Positions 14,930 to 28,500 of a stretch of 64,000 nucleotides of DNA are shown one piece after another; positions within the stretch are counted from its first letter, which is position 1; each line of letters opens with the position of its first letter. A program made the position numbers and the translations under genes. The notes beneath the pieces were generated by a model. That model saw only the letters and a program-made list of their open reading frames with translations, was not told the DNA's origin and ran no database searches. The DNA is from the human T2T-CHM13v2.0 reference genome, Homo sapiens, in NCBI RefSeq assembly GCF_009914755.1, contig NC_060926.1; one strand, given 5' to 3'.

Positions 14930-15150
14930 TGGTGTTAGGAGCTCAGGTCTTGGAACCAGACTCCTGGGTTCAAATTCCAGCTCTAGTATCATCTAACTAT
15001 ATGACTTTGGGCAGAGGTCCCCCTACTCTCTGATTCTGCTTCTCAGCTGCAAAATGAGGCTCATAACAGTACCTTATCATAGAGTTACTGTGAAGATTGA
15101 TGAGTCAAAGCTCCTAAAGCCAGGCCTGCCATGTGGTCAACACTCTGTGG
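14930..15150 (+). mobile_element. MIR
   Basis: gggttcaaattccagctct...ctgcaaaatgagg...ataacagtaccttatcatagagttactgtgaagatt core MIR similarity. Confidence 0.7.
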
Positions 15151-17378
15151 GTGTGGCCATTACTACTAGGATTGGGGCAGGCTGGTGTGGCTCCTCTTCC
15201 AGTGCTCTCTGCAGTCACAGCTGTACACTGTGGGTCAAGGACATCACAGTGTCGAAGGGGTGAGTACATTGGCTTTTTCCTTTACTGTCCTACTTGGAAA
15301 ATACGTCAACTCAGAGTTTCTTTCTTGCACGTGTGAACTTGAAACATGCATCAGGCACATGTAGATAGGGTCCTTCATTCATCCATTCACTCATGTACTT
15401 GTTCATCCAAATTCCAGCAGAGTCCCTGCTAGGCACTTAAGTCAGTGGGGGGAAAGTGCAGCAGGTGGAAAGAATCTTCATTTAAATTCTGGATCCTTCC
15501 CTCTCTAATCATGTCACCTTGGCATATCATATTACCTGTCTGAACATCAGTTTTCTATAAAGTTAGGAGAAAACAAAGCAGATAAAGTATGAGAAGACAC
15601 ATGGAAAGCTCTGGAAAGTACTACACAAAGGTAAGTCTTGTCAACTGTGATAAGAAAGACAAAGAAATATGACATCTAAAAAGAAGTGCCAGAATGAAAA
15701 ATACCCCTGTCCCCAGTCCCCCCAGTAGAGCTCAGGTAAGCTTTTGGATGAGGAGAGTAGTAATGGGAAAAGCAGATTCGGCCCCTGGCTGCCTCTATTT
15801 TGGGTTCCTGGCATTATTCTTTATAAGTAATTTCACTTCTGTTGGCCTCAGTTTCTCCTTGCCCCCAAAAGACATCACAAGTTGAGTTGTTGTGAGATTC
15901 AGATAATTAGAATCTCTCAATCCTTTCTAAAGAGAAGTGTTATAAATTCTTCAACACTATAAATATGGTCTTACATCTATTGCTCAGCACCTTGTGAGAA
16001 AAAAATCCCACCACTTTCTGAAATAATCTCAGCCTCTGAAAATAGCAAAGGGAAAAAAATGACCTTTTGGAACTTCTTTAAATAGAATTCTCTGCTTCAG
16101 CTCTCCTTAGGAGGTAAAGGCTAGAAGAAGAGAATCATTGTTGAGGACTTACTGCCAATGGCTGATAAGAGGACCCTAGAATGCTGAAACACCCCACTTT
16201 TCTCTAAGCAGCATCCCAAACCCTACCTGATCCCTAACCCTTCCCTTCACCAAAGCTTCAAATCTGCCCCAACGTAGGGCAAGAGGTGTGTCGCCTCCCA
16301 GAGCCTGATGTCTTCAGTTCTCCTTCCCATGTGCAGAACTGAATTAGATATCCACAGACCAGACAAATACTTTAGAGGACCTCATAGCCTCTTAGTAGTC
16401 ACCAATAGAAAATAACTTTACTCTGTAACCTACCTTCACTTTATGGGAAGTGTTTAGACAGTGCTTGGCATTTAATCAGTGCTCAATAATGGTTGCAGAT
16501 ATTATAATGATTAGCTTACTAGACATTCTATTATTTTATCTCATTCTAGGTTATGCTGGTGCCTACAGAAGTGTGAATAGAGGTTTGGGCAAAAGTGTCC
16601 TTAGGGTGGTCCTTATCCGGGTGCTTTGCATCAACAGTAGTCCTGATGAGATTATCAGAATGTTGAGTCAGCTGAGATATTTTCCGTGGAGTTGTCATGC
16701 CCTAAAATTAAGATAGTTCTAGAAAAACCAGAAGGGCTCACCTGGCTGCAAGGTAGAGGTAGTGGCCATCTGCTGGGGTTGTGGAGTCAGGGAGGTCTGA
16801 ATGTTGTCCTGCAATTTCTCCCTAATTTTAAAGTTAATGTCTAAAATTCTCTTACAGGTGGTCGAGCCTCTCTAAGATCGAGAATGGGAATATAAAGCAG
16901 AGAGGAGAGGTGATTATTTAAATTCATCCTATAGTGTAAATGACTGACCTGCTATCTTCCCTTTGAGCAAATTCTAACAGGGAAGGAAAAAAGAATATAA
17001 AGATACTGACACCTGAAGAGAAGAAAGGGTGACAGAGTGATAGATGGGGTCAATTATGGGGTGGAGGAGACTCCAAAGAGCAACAACTACAATCTTCATA
17101 CCCGTGGTTTCCCATTTTTTGGATGAAAAACTGAGGTATTTTAATTTAGTGGTGTACTTAGTGTTAGAACTGGGTTAGAACTCAGGAGTCTGGGCTCCTG
17201 GTTCCTGCTATAGCATCTTCCCATCCTGCTGAGTAGCTACAACACTGTAGCAGAGATACCCGGTGAATTTCATTCTCCTTCCAGTTTGGTTTGGCTCCAC
17301 CTCCTTTTGGCTGGAGGTGCCATGGCAGGCGACTCCGAGGACCCTGGAGCTGGGTATGCTCCTGTGGGGCTCACTCAC

Positions 17379-17576
17379 CTGTGGCCGCTTCCATATCACA
17401 TTGGAGAGGCGTTTTTCCTGGAGCAGCTTCTGGCCTATGGAAGAATCTGCTGCAGGGAATGTCTCATCCTTAAACGTCCGGCCCATGCTCAGGCAGTGAT
17501 CCCGCAAGGTGGTAAAGTCCTGGTCTTTGAACTTGATGATGGAGGTCTCCACTGAAGGCTCCTGGTAATACGCCAT
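17379..17576 (-). CDS. CAPN13: CAPN13 first coding exon (exon 2, full exon 17379-17608 with 32 nt 5'UTR): [10 protein letters not shown]...NVIWKRPQ
   Basis: ATG in strong context (GTCatgG); F.D.TFPA...SIG and WKRP calpain motifs; donor CAG|gtgagt; acceptor ttttctcaccaacag|G at 17608. Confidence 0.96.
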
Positions 17577-19159
17577 GACTCTCCTTAGAAGACTTCCGAG
17601 GTCCTTTCCTGTTGGTGAGAAAAAGGGATACCTTTGGGGTAAGCCATCAAGTCCTTTGCATCATCAAATGTGAGCCCCAGATGGGCACTCTGATATACCA
17701 CCCTTTACAGGGACTGAGACTAAGTCTGCACTGTCCCTGGTGGCACAGTCAGTGAGCCTGAACTAGGATTCAAGCATCCTCACTCCCAGTTAACATTTCA
17801 AGCTGCTGTACAAAACAGCTTTCCCGTGTGCTTTCACGTGCACAAGAGGCTATGGGGTACTAGTACATCTCATGAACATTTATTGAGCACTGCCAGGTGA
17901 AGAACTGGTAGGTAGGTTAAAAAGGTATCCACAGCTTCCCTGAGCAGCAAGTGCGCAGAGGCCCATGAGTTGCATTGGAAAGGTCACGGGGTGTTGGAGG
18001 GTTTTGTGGGATGGGGGCAGAGAGGGTGGGTAGGAAGTGTTGGATGACATTGCCAGAAAGGTAGGTTGGAAAGCTGGGTGAGGAAATGTTTTATACCCCA
18101 TAAACTCTGCAGGGCTGTTAAAGAGGTGGGGCATGATCAGATCTGTACATAGAATGGGGCTGCTAGGAGCAATCTGGGGACCAGAGAGAGGGTGTGGGCA
18201 GGGACTGGAAGCAGGAAGGAAGCCAGGAGCTCCTGCACTTGTCCACAGGAGAGACAGTGGTAGAGCATCAGAAGGGAAGATGGTGGAGTGTGGACAGATT
18301 TGGTGTAACTTTATAGGTGGAGAATTGAATATGGGGGATAGGGAGGAAAAAAAGAAAACGAAGAAAAGATAGTGCAGTGAATATCACATGGGTTTTGAAG
18401 TTTGCTTTCTGCTTTCATCAGCTACATACTGCTTCTGCAATTTGGAGCGAATATTCAAGCCTGTGAACCTATTTCTCCACCTGTATGGATTGAAGCTATG
18501 AATCTCATAGGTTTGTTATGATATTAAATAAGTTTTGACCTAACCAACTGAGCAGAGTGACAGGCATGCAGTAGTCCCTCAGTAAATGTTAGCATCCCAA
18601 TTTTCCTTGAGTTGACAAGGAAGGCTGAGGTTTCTTGTTCAGGCAGCCACAGGAACGTAACTGGTGCCATTTACCAAAAATGTACCACGTCCTCCATCTG
18701 TGAGGCTGGCCTGGATGGGAATCCTGAATCCATACTTCCTAGTTATGGGAATTGAAAAACCTCTCTGGTCCTTAAAGTAGGGCTTTTCAAGCTTCTTTGA
18801 TCAGGGTCAGTGCAGGTGGCACAAAAAATCCCAAGGTCCCTGTGTTGCACCCATTTCCACTTCACAGTGGAAAAGGAAGCAGGTGATAATGAATGAGCAA
18901 GGACTATAAAGGAATAAATTCTAAGGAAAGAATATGAACTCATAATCAAAATTTTGAATCCTAGAAAAATACATGTAAACTTAACATAACTTAGCAATTT
19001 TCTTACAATTACCTTGTAATAGCATGTGGCAAGTTATTTAGATAGCACAAATTCATAGACAGAATATCACCAGTCATTGTGCAAGCATATTTGGAGAGAA
19101 TTGTGCATACAACTGTCTGACAAACAAGATATGAATAATTTACATTTACATTTGAACTA

Positions 19160-19287
19160 TTAGATTGGACCATACAGAACTGCCATTTTTGTAGGTCAAA
19201 AATGGTTGAATATAGTCAGTTTCATAGGGTTTAACCTAAGGTAAGAAATGGTTAAATACAAACAGCTCTGTTTAGTTTAACCTAATA
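19160..19287. mobile_element. MADE2 (mariner MITE) with partial tandem duplication of its right half
   Basis: TA-ttagattggaccata...tagggtttaacctaa (19160-19239), then a diverged second right half ending tttaacctaa-TA at 19287. Confidence 0.7.
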
Positions 19288-20869
19288 CACATGTACATTT
19301 CTTCAATTGAGTTCTTATAGAATAATGGCACAAAATATTCAGTATGTCTCACCACTCAAAATAGGGTTAAAAAGAGGGCCCGCAACAAATTAAATAGTGA
19401 TAAAGCTGAAATGTCAAGATATCATTCAAGAGTAAGAAAACAGTGATAGAAATTGATTGTCAATTCAAGACAAAAGGCGATGGCACTCGATAATGAAGAG
19501 TTGTGAAAATCATGGGTCTACCAATTCTCTGTGCATGCTCGGGGACAGTGGAACCAGTATAGCATTGCCAAGCCTCCTACCTCTCAGGAAAATATTGAAT
19601 TACAATGTGTGATAAATTCTAGCAATGAGCTAGTTTTGGTTTATGAAAACCAAATTGTAGTTACCCTTAATAATACAATTATGGGATTGCCTGTAAGTAG
19701 CCCTTAATTGCATATAAAAATGAAATTCTAAAGAATTTTGCTTCATTTCTCCTTTGGAATCATACAAAGGTCTTATATGCGAGGATCAGTTCCTAGTCCA
19801 TCTGGGGGGCCCCCACTGTGCACTATTGGATGGAGGACTGGCCAGACTTTAGGAATTCCCATTCTAAGATTCACTTGCCTCATTTGTGAAATGGAGATGA
19901 TGATACTATTACACATGTTATAGGGTTGTTGTGAGACTCAGATGAAACCATGCTCCCAGAACACGCAGCACAGTGACTGGTAAGTACAAAGCAGCCAATA
20001 CATGGTGGTTATTAGGATGATGATCATTGTTATTTTGAGCAGGAAAGGACTGTGCAGAGGCCCAACACTGTCTAAGATGAGGACTTGCTCATACCCAGGA
20101 CAGGCTAGGCTCAGAGGGGCTTGCAGGGTGAGGACCAGGATGGTCAGTCAGACCTGGGCCCTGGGCTCTGTTACTGCTCTGCATTCACTACATGGGCTGC
20201 CCAGGCCTGGGGGAAGGGAAGGCTTGGGGACAGGCAGCAGGCTGGGTGTCTGCTGCTGCGGAGGTGGGCTGTTCTGGGAGGAGACTCTTGATGGGGAAGG
20301 GAGAAGCAGGCAGGGGAAGCTTGTTCCCGCCTCCACACACATAGTTCTTTCCTCTGAGTTGCTCTTGGCTTCGCCAGGGAACAGCCTGTAGGCTCATGTT
20401 CTCAGGAAGGGCCCACAACACCTGACAACATTTCACTTTTGTGCACAGCAGAAGAGGACCACCTGATTTTCCTGCTGTCACTTTTGGGAGGGCTTTCTGC
20501 TTCTTTCCTCTCTTCTCTACCCAATCTGTCTCACTTTGCAGGGTAGCCAAAGGCAGAAGAAGACTCAGCTTTGTTAATTTAAGGGAAAAAAAAGATTGCT
20601 GAAAGGCCTACCTGATATTCAAGATAAAGTTTATCTTGCTGCTGGGGCAGCTCTTGGGTGTTGCAAGAAAAGTCACACAAGGAGAGCTAGAAACATCACA
20701 AAAATAATTGATATAAAGTTCTTCATGTAAGAAGCTTGTGTGAGCTCATCAGTCAAGCTCAGAATTAGGCTGAGAAGCAAGCAGGAGCCGTGGCTTAGGG
20801 CTACAAAGCCTCTTTAGCTCCCCTTGGTGTCTACGAAACGAGCTTCCCTGTGTCCTTTGCTGAGTTGGG

Positions 20870-21310
20870 TGACTGAGTGAGCTTGGGCTGCCATAGCAAA
20901 ATACCACCAACCGAGGGGCTTAACTGCATTTATGCCTGAGGTTGCAATTTTTTTAGATGTTTGCAGTCAGACCTTGGTGATGACCTTGAGCAGTAGGATA
21001 TAAATAACTCCCACATGCTTAGCGTTCCAATAATGGAACACTAGGCATAAATGGGTTAACAACAGGATTTATTTCTCACAGTTCTGGAGGCTAGAAGTCA
21101 GAGATCAGAGTGCCAGTATGTGGTGGAGGGTGGGGAAGAGATCTTTCCCTCATCCTCTTCTTATAAGACCACAGTTCTATCAGATTAGTCCTCACTTTTA
21201 TGATCTCTTTTAAGCTTAATTGCCTCTTAAAGACCTTATCTCTAGGTACAATCATGTTGGGGGTTAGGGTTTCATATGAATTTGTTGGGGGAGGGGGACG
21301 GTACAATTCA
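20870..21310 (-). mobile_element. MLT1 (MaLR) LTR interrupted by MER85
   Basis: gggctgccatagcaaaataccac...ggggcttaa [insert] caacaggatttatttctcacagttctggaggctagaagtc is the characteristic MLT1 end. Confidence 0.8.
20920..21059 (-). mobile_element. MER85 piggyBac (PGBD3) MITE with TTAA target duplication
   Basis: 140 bp including flanking TTAA; TIRs catttatgcct / aggcataaatggg; internal palindrome GTTCCAATAATGGAAC at 21024-21039. Confidence 0.92.
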
Positions 21311-22264
21311 GGCCTTGGCAGTGACTAACCCTAGCCTGATCCAACAACTCTCCTAGCCCTGGCTGCATACTGCAGGAAGTGTGCAGATCAAAGGGGAATT
21401 GGGTCATGTCGGTAAGGTTCTCAGAGAATAGACAGTGGATGTCAGTGAACACAAGAACAAATGACAGAGCAGCAACAGTGATAAGTATGTGAACATTATT
21501 TGAATTAACGGAAAAATGATGAGGGCTCCTTAATGGGAGATATGTCTTAGCTACTGCTGAGCCATACAACTATGTCTTAGCAGTATCTTGATATGCCAGC
21601 ACCTAGCGCTAGGCCTGGCACATAGTAGGTATTCAATAAAATCTCCTGAGTGTCAGCAGATTAAATATTACATATCAGCTATTCTTGAGTGTGTTCTGTG
21701 AAGCAGTTGCTTCATGAAACACTCCACAAATAACAAATTATGAGATGAAATTATTTTGGAAAACATCTGATACTGAACAGTCTTTACAGAAATTCACAAA
21801 AAGCTCCAAGAAAGCCTTCGATAAAGAAACTTAAGTTTGCTCCCAGTGTTTCACACATATAACCAGTAAGTCCTTTTATTGGAGAACTTTTATTAACATT
21901 TCATGGAAAAGATGCATAAGAGTTAAGTGACTTCAGAACATCCTGACTCAAGTCCTCATTCTGCCTCATACACACTAAACACCTGTTTCTTCATCTGTCA
22001 AATGGGAACATGATACTTTGTTGAAAAATTAAATAAGAAAATATATGGAAGGAGATTTAAACCATGAAATATTTTATGAAAAGATGTTCATTATTATTTA
22101 TTTATCTGACTCTAATCTTGTCCTAACCTGCTTGTATTTCTCTCTCTCAGAAATAAATAGTTGTAAGAATACACAGATAAATCACCTAAATTACATCTGC
22201 CCAGAAACATGAAAAGGGCATTTATTGCCCCGGTTTCTCTCTTTTCCCTGAGCTACGTGTTGTT

Positions 22265-25200
22265 CTTCTACATGCAAATTCACAGGCGGAATTCAATAAC
22301 AATAGAATATTTAGGTAAACCCCAAATATCTGGAATTAAACACACTTTTAAATAATTTATGAGTCAAAGATAATATCATAAGAGAATTAGGAAGACGTGA
22401 ATAAGTAGAAGGACATAAATAAGAAAGACAAGAGCAGAAATTAGTAAAACAGAAGACGGATAAGAGCAGAAATTAATCAAACAGAAGACAGACAACAGAT
22501 AAAATGAGCAAAGCAAAAATCTGCTTCTTTGAAAAGATCAACAACATTGACAAACCCCTAGTCAACTTGATCAAGAGTGAAAGAGAGAAAACATAAATCG
22601 CCAATATTATCATTTGATAAAGGGGTTATCACCACACATCCTATAGACATTAAAGGGCTAATAAGAGAATACTATGAACCACCCAATGCCAACAAATCTG
22701 CTAAGTTACATACAATGGATCAATTTCTTGAAAAATACAATTTATCAAAGTTGACACAGAAGAAACAGAAAATCTGAATAATGCCACATATAGTAAAGAA
22801 ATTGAATTTACTATCCAAAGCTTTCTCCAGAAGAAACCCCTAGGCTCAGATAGTTTCACTAGTGAATTCTATTACACCTTCAAGGACAGAGTAACACTAA
22901 TCTTACGTGAACTTCCTCAAAAAATAGAGGAGAAGGGAAATACGGCTGAACTTATTTTTATCAGCTCAGCAAAATACTAAAAACGAAACCTCATAAAGAA
23001 ATCTTCTTCCTGAAAAAAAATTACAGAGCAATATTCTCACGAATAGAGAAGCAAAGAGCCTTAAAATTTTAGCAAATCAAATCCAATAATGTAAAAAAAA
23101 GAAGAAGAAGAAAGATACCACATCATAAGTTGGGTTTATTTCAGGAATGTTAGGTTGATTTATATTTTTAAAAATCCACCTGCAATCTACCACAGTAAAA
23201 AGCTACAAAGACATAATTTATGATAAAAACTCTTAGAAAACTAGAAATAGTAGGTAACATCCTCAGGAGGGTATCTGTGAAAAATTTACAGCTAACATAA
23301 TATTTAATGATGGAAAGTGCATTTTCTTCCCTTTACAATCAGAATCAAGGCAAGAATGCCCACTGTTATAGTTCTATTTACCACTGTTGTGAAGGTCCTA
23401 GCCAATGCAACAAGAAAATTAAAGGCATAAAGATCAGAAACAAGAAGGTCCTATTTTGGTATTTTGATTGTAGGAAATCTACAAAACAACTACTAGAACT
23501 AATACTTAAATTTAGTAAGGTCACAAGATACAAGGTTAATATTAAAAAATTATATTATTATATAATAGCAACAAAAAATAGGAGAATAGTAACATCCAAA
23601 ATACAAAATACTTGGGAAAAAATCTAACATTAAAGACATTAAAGATATCTACATTAAAAAACTATAAAACATTGCTGAGAAAAATTAAAGGAAAACTAAA
23701 TAAATGGAGAGATATATCCGGTTCATTTATTGGAAGGCTCAATACTGCCAAGATGGCAGTTTTTTCCAAATTTCTCTATAGGTTCAATACAATCCTAACC
23801 AAAATTCTAGCATGCTTTTTTTTTGTTAGAAATTGATAAGCAGATTCTAAGATTTATATCTAAATGCGAAGAACCTAGAATAACCAAAGCAATTTTATAA
23901 AAAGAAGAAAAAACTGAAGGACTTACCCAACCTGACTTCAATACATATTATAAAGCTACTGTACTGGCAAAAATATAGACAAATAGATCAATGGAGAAGG
24001 GTAGAGAATCTAGAATAAATCAACACATATATGGCCAATTAATTTGAGAGAGGTTTCAAGGCAATTCAATGGGGGAAAGAAAAGTCTTTCCAAAAAAATG
24101 GTGCTGGATCAACAGGATTTCTAAATGGGAAAAGTACAAACAAACATGGATCTTACTTCACACCACACACAAAAACCAAGTCAAAATGATCACAGACCTA
24201 AAGGTAAAACTTAAATTATAATACTTTCAGAAGAAAACATTTGCAAACTTGGGGTAGGTAAATGTGTTTTTGATAGAATACAAAAAATATGAGCCATACA
24301 AGAAAAAAAATTGATAAATTAGACTTCATCAAAGTTTAAAAGACACCATTAAAAAAACAAAAATGCAAATTTCAGACTACGTGAAAATATTTGCAGCACG
24401 TATATCAGACAAAGGACTTGAATCCACAACATATAAAGAACTCTTACAAATCAATAATCAGAAAAAAAACCCACTAAAATGGCCAAAAGATTTGAAGACA
24501 CATCACCAAAGAGTATATAAAAACAAGCAATAACCCAACTTGAAAAGATGTTCCACATCATAAGTTATCAGTGAAATGCAAATTCATACCATGGTGAAAG
24601 CTCACTATAGGCCATTTTCTAATGGCCTAAAATTTAAAAAGACTGATCACACTGTTTATGGGGAGATAGAAAACTGGAACTTTCATACACTCTCAGTAGA
24701 TATGTAAATTGGTATGACTACATTAGAAAACAGTGTGGCAGTTTCCTAAAATGTTAAAACATACACCTTCAAAATGATCCAGCCATTCCAGTCCTAGGAA
24801 TTTACCCAAGAGAAATGAAAGCATATGTTCATACAAAGACTTGTGCATAATCAAAACAGACATATTTAATAGCCAAAAGTTGGAAACAATCCAATGTCCA
24901 TCAAAAGTGAATGAATAAATTGTGATGTACCCATAAAGTACTACTCAGCAATAAAAAGAAATGAATTATTGATACATGCAACAACATGAATAAATCTCTA
25001 AAATCATTATGCTATGTGAAAGCCAGTCAAAGTAGAATACATATTATATGACTCCATTTATAAAAAAATCCTAGAAATGCAAACTAATGTACCATGACAG
25101 AAAGAAGTTCAGTGGTTGCTCAGAAATGGGGGTGGAGGGAGGAATGGGTTTTGAGAAAACTTTTGGGGGTGATAGAAATATTTTCATCTTGAGTGTCATG

Positions 25201-25270
25201 ATGATTTCACATGTGTATACACATCAAAACTCATCAAAGTTTATACCTTAAACATATGCAGTTTTTGTAT
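22265..25270 (+). mobile_element. Old L1 (L1MB/MC-type) ORF2 plus 3' UTR, degenerate
   Basis: Broken ORF2 translations (IREYYE, MDQFLEKYNL, KFSKVTRYKVN, LNKWRDI..S.IGRLN, FLYRFNTI) and L1M-like 3' UTR. Confidence 0.88.
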
Positions 25271-25299
25271 ATTCTAAGTAGAGTTGTTTCAAAAATTAA

Positions 25300-26010
25300 A
25301 TGCTATATATAATTTATATAGTCTTCTGTAATTTGCTTCTCCCTGCACCCCATGGTTAAAAAGTAGCGGGATTTCATTTATTTCACTGCTGTATGTTACC
25401 CTATGATTTATTTGTACTTCTCCTCTCAATGGACATTTAATGCTCTTCTCTGTTTTAATGAAAAATAATGCTATAAATGTTATTGTACGTATCTCCTGAT
25501 AAACATGCAAGAGTTTCTCTAGTTTATATTACAAGGAGTAGAATTTTTGGGTTTAGGAAACGCACATACTCAACGTCACTAAGTATGCCAAATTATTGTC
25601 CAAGGTTGTACCAATTTATAATTTCACCAACAGTGTAAAAGAGTTGCCATTGCTATATATCCTCACTAACTCTTGGTATTGGCAGGCTTTTTATTTGTAC
25701 CCATCACGTGGGAGTAGGTGGTAACTCCTATGTCTTAATTTGTTTCCCTGATTACTGGTAAAATTGAGCATCTCTCAATATGTTTATTCTCCATTCATGT
25801 TCCCTCTCTTGAGGAATGAATATTCATATTTTGTGCCCATTTGTCTATTGGGTTGTCTTTTTCTTATTGATTTGTAGGAATTCACTACTCACTCTGGATA
25901 TTCGTCTTTTGTTGGTCATATGTCTTGTAAATATCTTCTCCCAGTTTGTGGCTTATCTTCTTAACTCCTTTACAGTGTCTTTTGATAAACATCAATATTC
26001 TTTACACTAA
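25300..26010 (-). mobile_element. Old L1M fragment, reverse orientation
   Basis: T-rich reverse L1 ORF2 3' end (ggttgtaccaatttata...caccaacagtgta; aatatcttctcccagtttgtggctt). Confidence 0.75.
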
Positions 26011-26378
26011 TACAAATGTATTACAAATATTTGCTTTAAGTTTAATTTTTATAAATTGAGCCAATATTAACTCTTATGGGAATTTAATGTAAGAAACTTT
26101 GTAAGAGATTCTCTTTTTAAAATAGAAAATTTGTAATTAACACATTCTTCCAAAACACTGATTTAAAAATTTCTTATAGCTCTATAATAATATTTTTATG
26201 AAGTCCAACATATATATCAAAATCTGAAATAGACTTGCAGAGAAATACTTTGAGTACTTAGGAAATAAAGCTGGTATCTGTATTAGCAAATATAGCTTTG
26301 CCAAAGCCAATTACTTAATTTTCCCTCCCTTTTCCTTTCTTCCCCAAAATAGAGTCCTTACTTTGCAGGAAGAGAATT

Positions 26379-26515
26379 ACATATATATATGTGTGTGTAT
26401 ATATATATACATATATATGTGTGTATATATATATACATATATATGTGTGTGTATATATATATACACATATATATGTATATATATATGTGTGCATATATAT
26501 ATACGTATATATATA
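26379..26515. repeat. Compound (TA)n/(TG)n/(CA)n microsatellite
   Basis: Direct inspection; ~137 bp alternating purine-pyrimidine tract. Confidence 0.95.
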
Positions 26516-28317
26516 GTCTTGATTTTTAAAAAGTATTTGATAAAATCTCCACCTATTCCCTGTGTGTAGACTACATTGAGTAGGTTGTATATCACGTACT
26601 ATGACAGTGCAACATAGCATAGTAAAGTAGAATACAGTGTAGTAAATAGATTTCGCAGTTTGACCCAGAGATCATGGATGAATGGTCTGGAATAGCTAAG
26701 AATCATTGCACTGTAATAGTCACAGAGCTCTGTCCTGTGTCCTGTCCTATTCTACATTTTTATCTTGGTCCTTAAAGAAGATGTTGAAATAAAAATGAAG
26801 ATCCTTTTCAACTCTTTCATCATTTTTAATAGTGGAAATCAAGAGCAATTAACCAAGCAGATAGCAGAATCAAAATTCTAAATGACTTCAAAACCAAGAA
26901 GATGAAATTAACTAAGGAAACTGCAAACCTGTCTTTACATTTAAAAAGTTAACTATGCAAGTAAATAGTGAGCAGGATCTGTCTTGGCTAAATTTCATTT
27001 TGAAAATATTTTGTACGCCTCACTTGACTTCCTATTTAAAATGAGACAAAACTATGAAAGATTTGGCAGGCTCTGACCAGATTCAACAGCAGTAAGGCAC
27101 TGCTCTAGACAGGCTAGCCCAGCTCTAGGGGCCACATTCCAAGAGGCTTATCGGCACTCTCAATGGTATCTGAAAATGAGTGTTTGAGTAACATAAGCAT
27201 GCCTGGCAGGGAGGCAAGCCCTTTGCTTGCAAGCATGGGCTCCTGGCATGCAGTTATATCCACCTGAAAGAGGTGGCAAATTTTCATATTGGCAAAAATG
27301 TGCCAGACGGGCGGGAGGCAGTCCAGCTAAATAGACAGGAAGCCTGGAAACCCCTTCCTGGTCAGAGATCTAGAGAGGTTTACTGGACAGAAGGCCGACT
27401 GAGGGGTCTACAGTGATCCTCAGACTCAGCCCCTGCAGCCCAGGTCCCCCTCCCTCCAGAATAATCCTGCTGTAAGAGAGCAGATATTTAACCACCTCTG
27501 GCCCCACAACTGTACTCCCAACCCCTAAGTTTCCCTACCGCCAAGATTATGCTCTAGTTCAGAAAACTGAACTCTGCCTTGTGTCTTAAGGAAAAAGGAA
27601 AAAGAGGCAGCATGGAACAGTGCTCACAGGCACATAGAATCAGGTTGAAACTTGGGTTTGAATCCAGCTGTCTCTTACTGACTGAATGATCTTGGCCAAT
27701 ACTCTTAATATCTCTGAGCCTCCTTTCCTTACCTATAAAGTGGACGGGAGGTGGAGGTAATAAAACCAGCCTCGTAGCAGCAGACGGATATTAATTGAGA
27801 AGATTCTTGTAAAGGGCTTGGCGTGGCACATAATAAAAGCTTGTGTCCATTATGCTATCAGCAACTCCTTGAGTGTCCTGCCTGGCCCTGAACTTGAGCC
27901 CAGTGACTACAACCCTGCACCAGCTGGTGGGCATACCAGGCACCTGCCAGTCACCTCTGAACTCCCAACCTCGGGTCTCTCCAGGTTCCAGAGTTGTGTT
28001 CTTTCCATGCGTTGAGACTGTCATCTCCTCTACCTGCCTGGCAGAAATACTGGGTGCACCCTTGCCTCTGGCCCTAAGCCATGCTGTAGACCAAGCTATC
28101 TGTCAGCATCTCCAGCTGGGCCAGTGTCCCACAGCCTCTATCCTGTCTGAGGGGGCTTTTTCCTCCTCTGCTTACCCTGTCCTACACGATGGCCAGGTGT
28201 CCCTGAGGCCAAACACATGTCCAGTGGAAAGGATATGAACGCAAAGGAAGAACATGTGATCTGTGCAGTTCAGACGGTGGAAGGAGTCAGAAATTTGGGG
28301 AAGAGTGATTTTGATTA

Positions 28318-28500
28318 GACTCTGCAATGATGGAAGTGTTCTATATCTGTGCTGTCTAATACAGTGGCCACTGGCCATACGTAGCTATTGAGCACTTGAA
28401 AGATGGCTAGTGCAATTCAGGGACTGGATTTTAATTTTTATTCAATTTTAAATAATTTGCATTTAAATGTAAATATTCACATGCAGCCTTATTGCATGGT
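28318..28500 (-). mobile_element. MER3-like MITE, reverse orientation
   Basis: gatggaagtgttcta...gctattgagcacttgaaa is the reverse complement of the 13.1 kb copy. Confidence 0.75.

Noticed and set aside
17208-17378. 122 aa ORF read-through as a short CAPN13 isoform
   Set aside because: Calpain similarity ends at the consensus donor CAG|gtgagt at 17379; the remainder is intronic.
18770-19760. Possible old hAT-type DNA transposon around MADE2
   Set aside because: AT-rich and suggestive, but I could not define termini or match a consensus.
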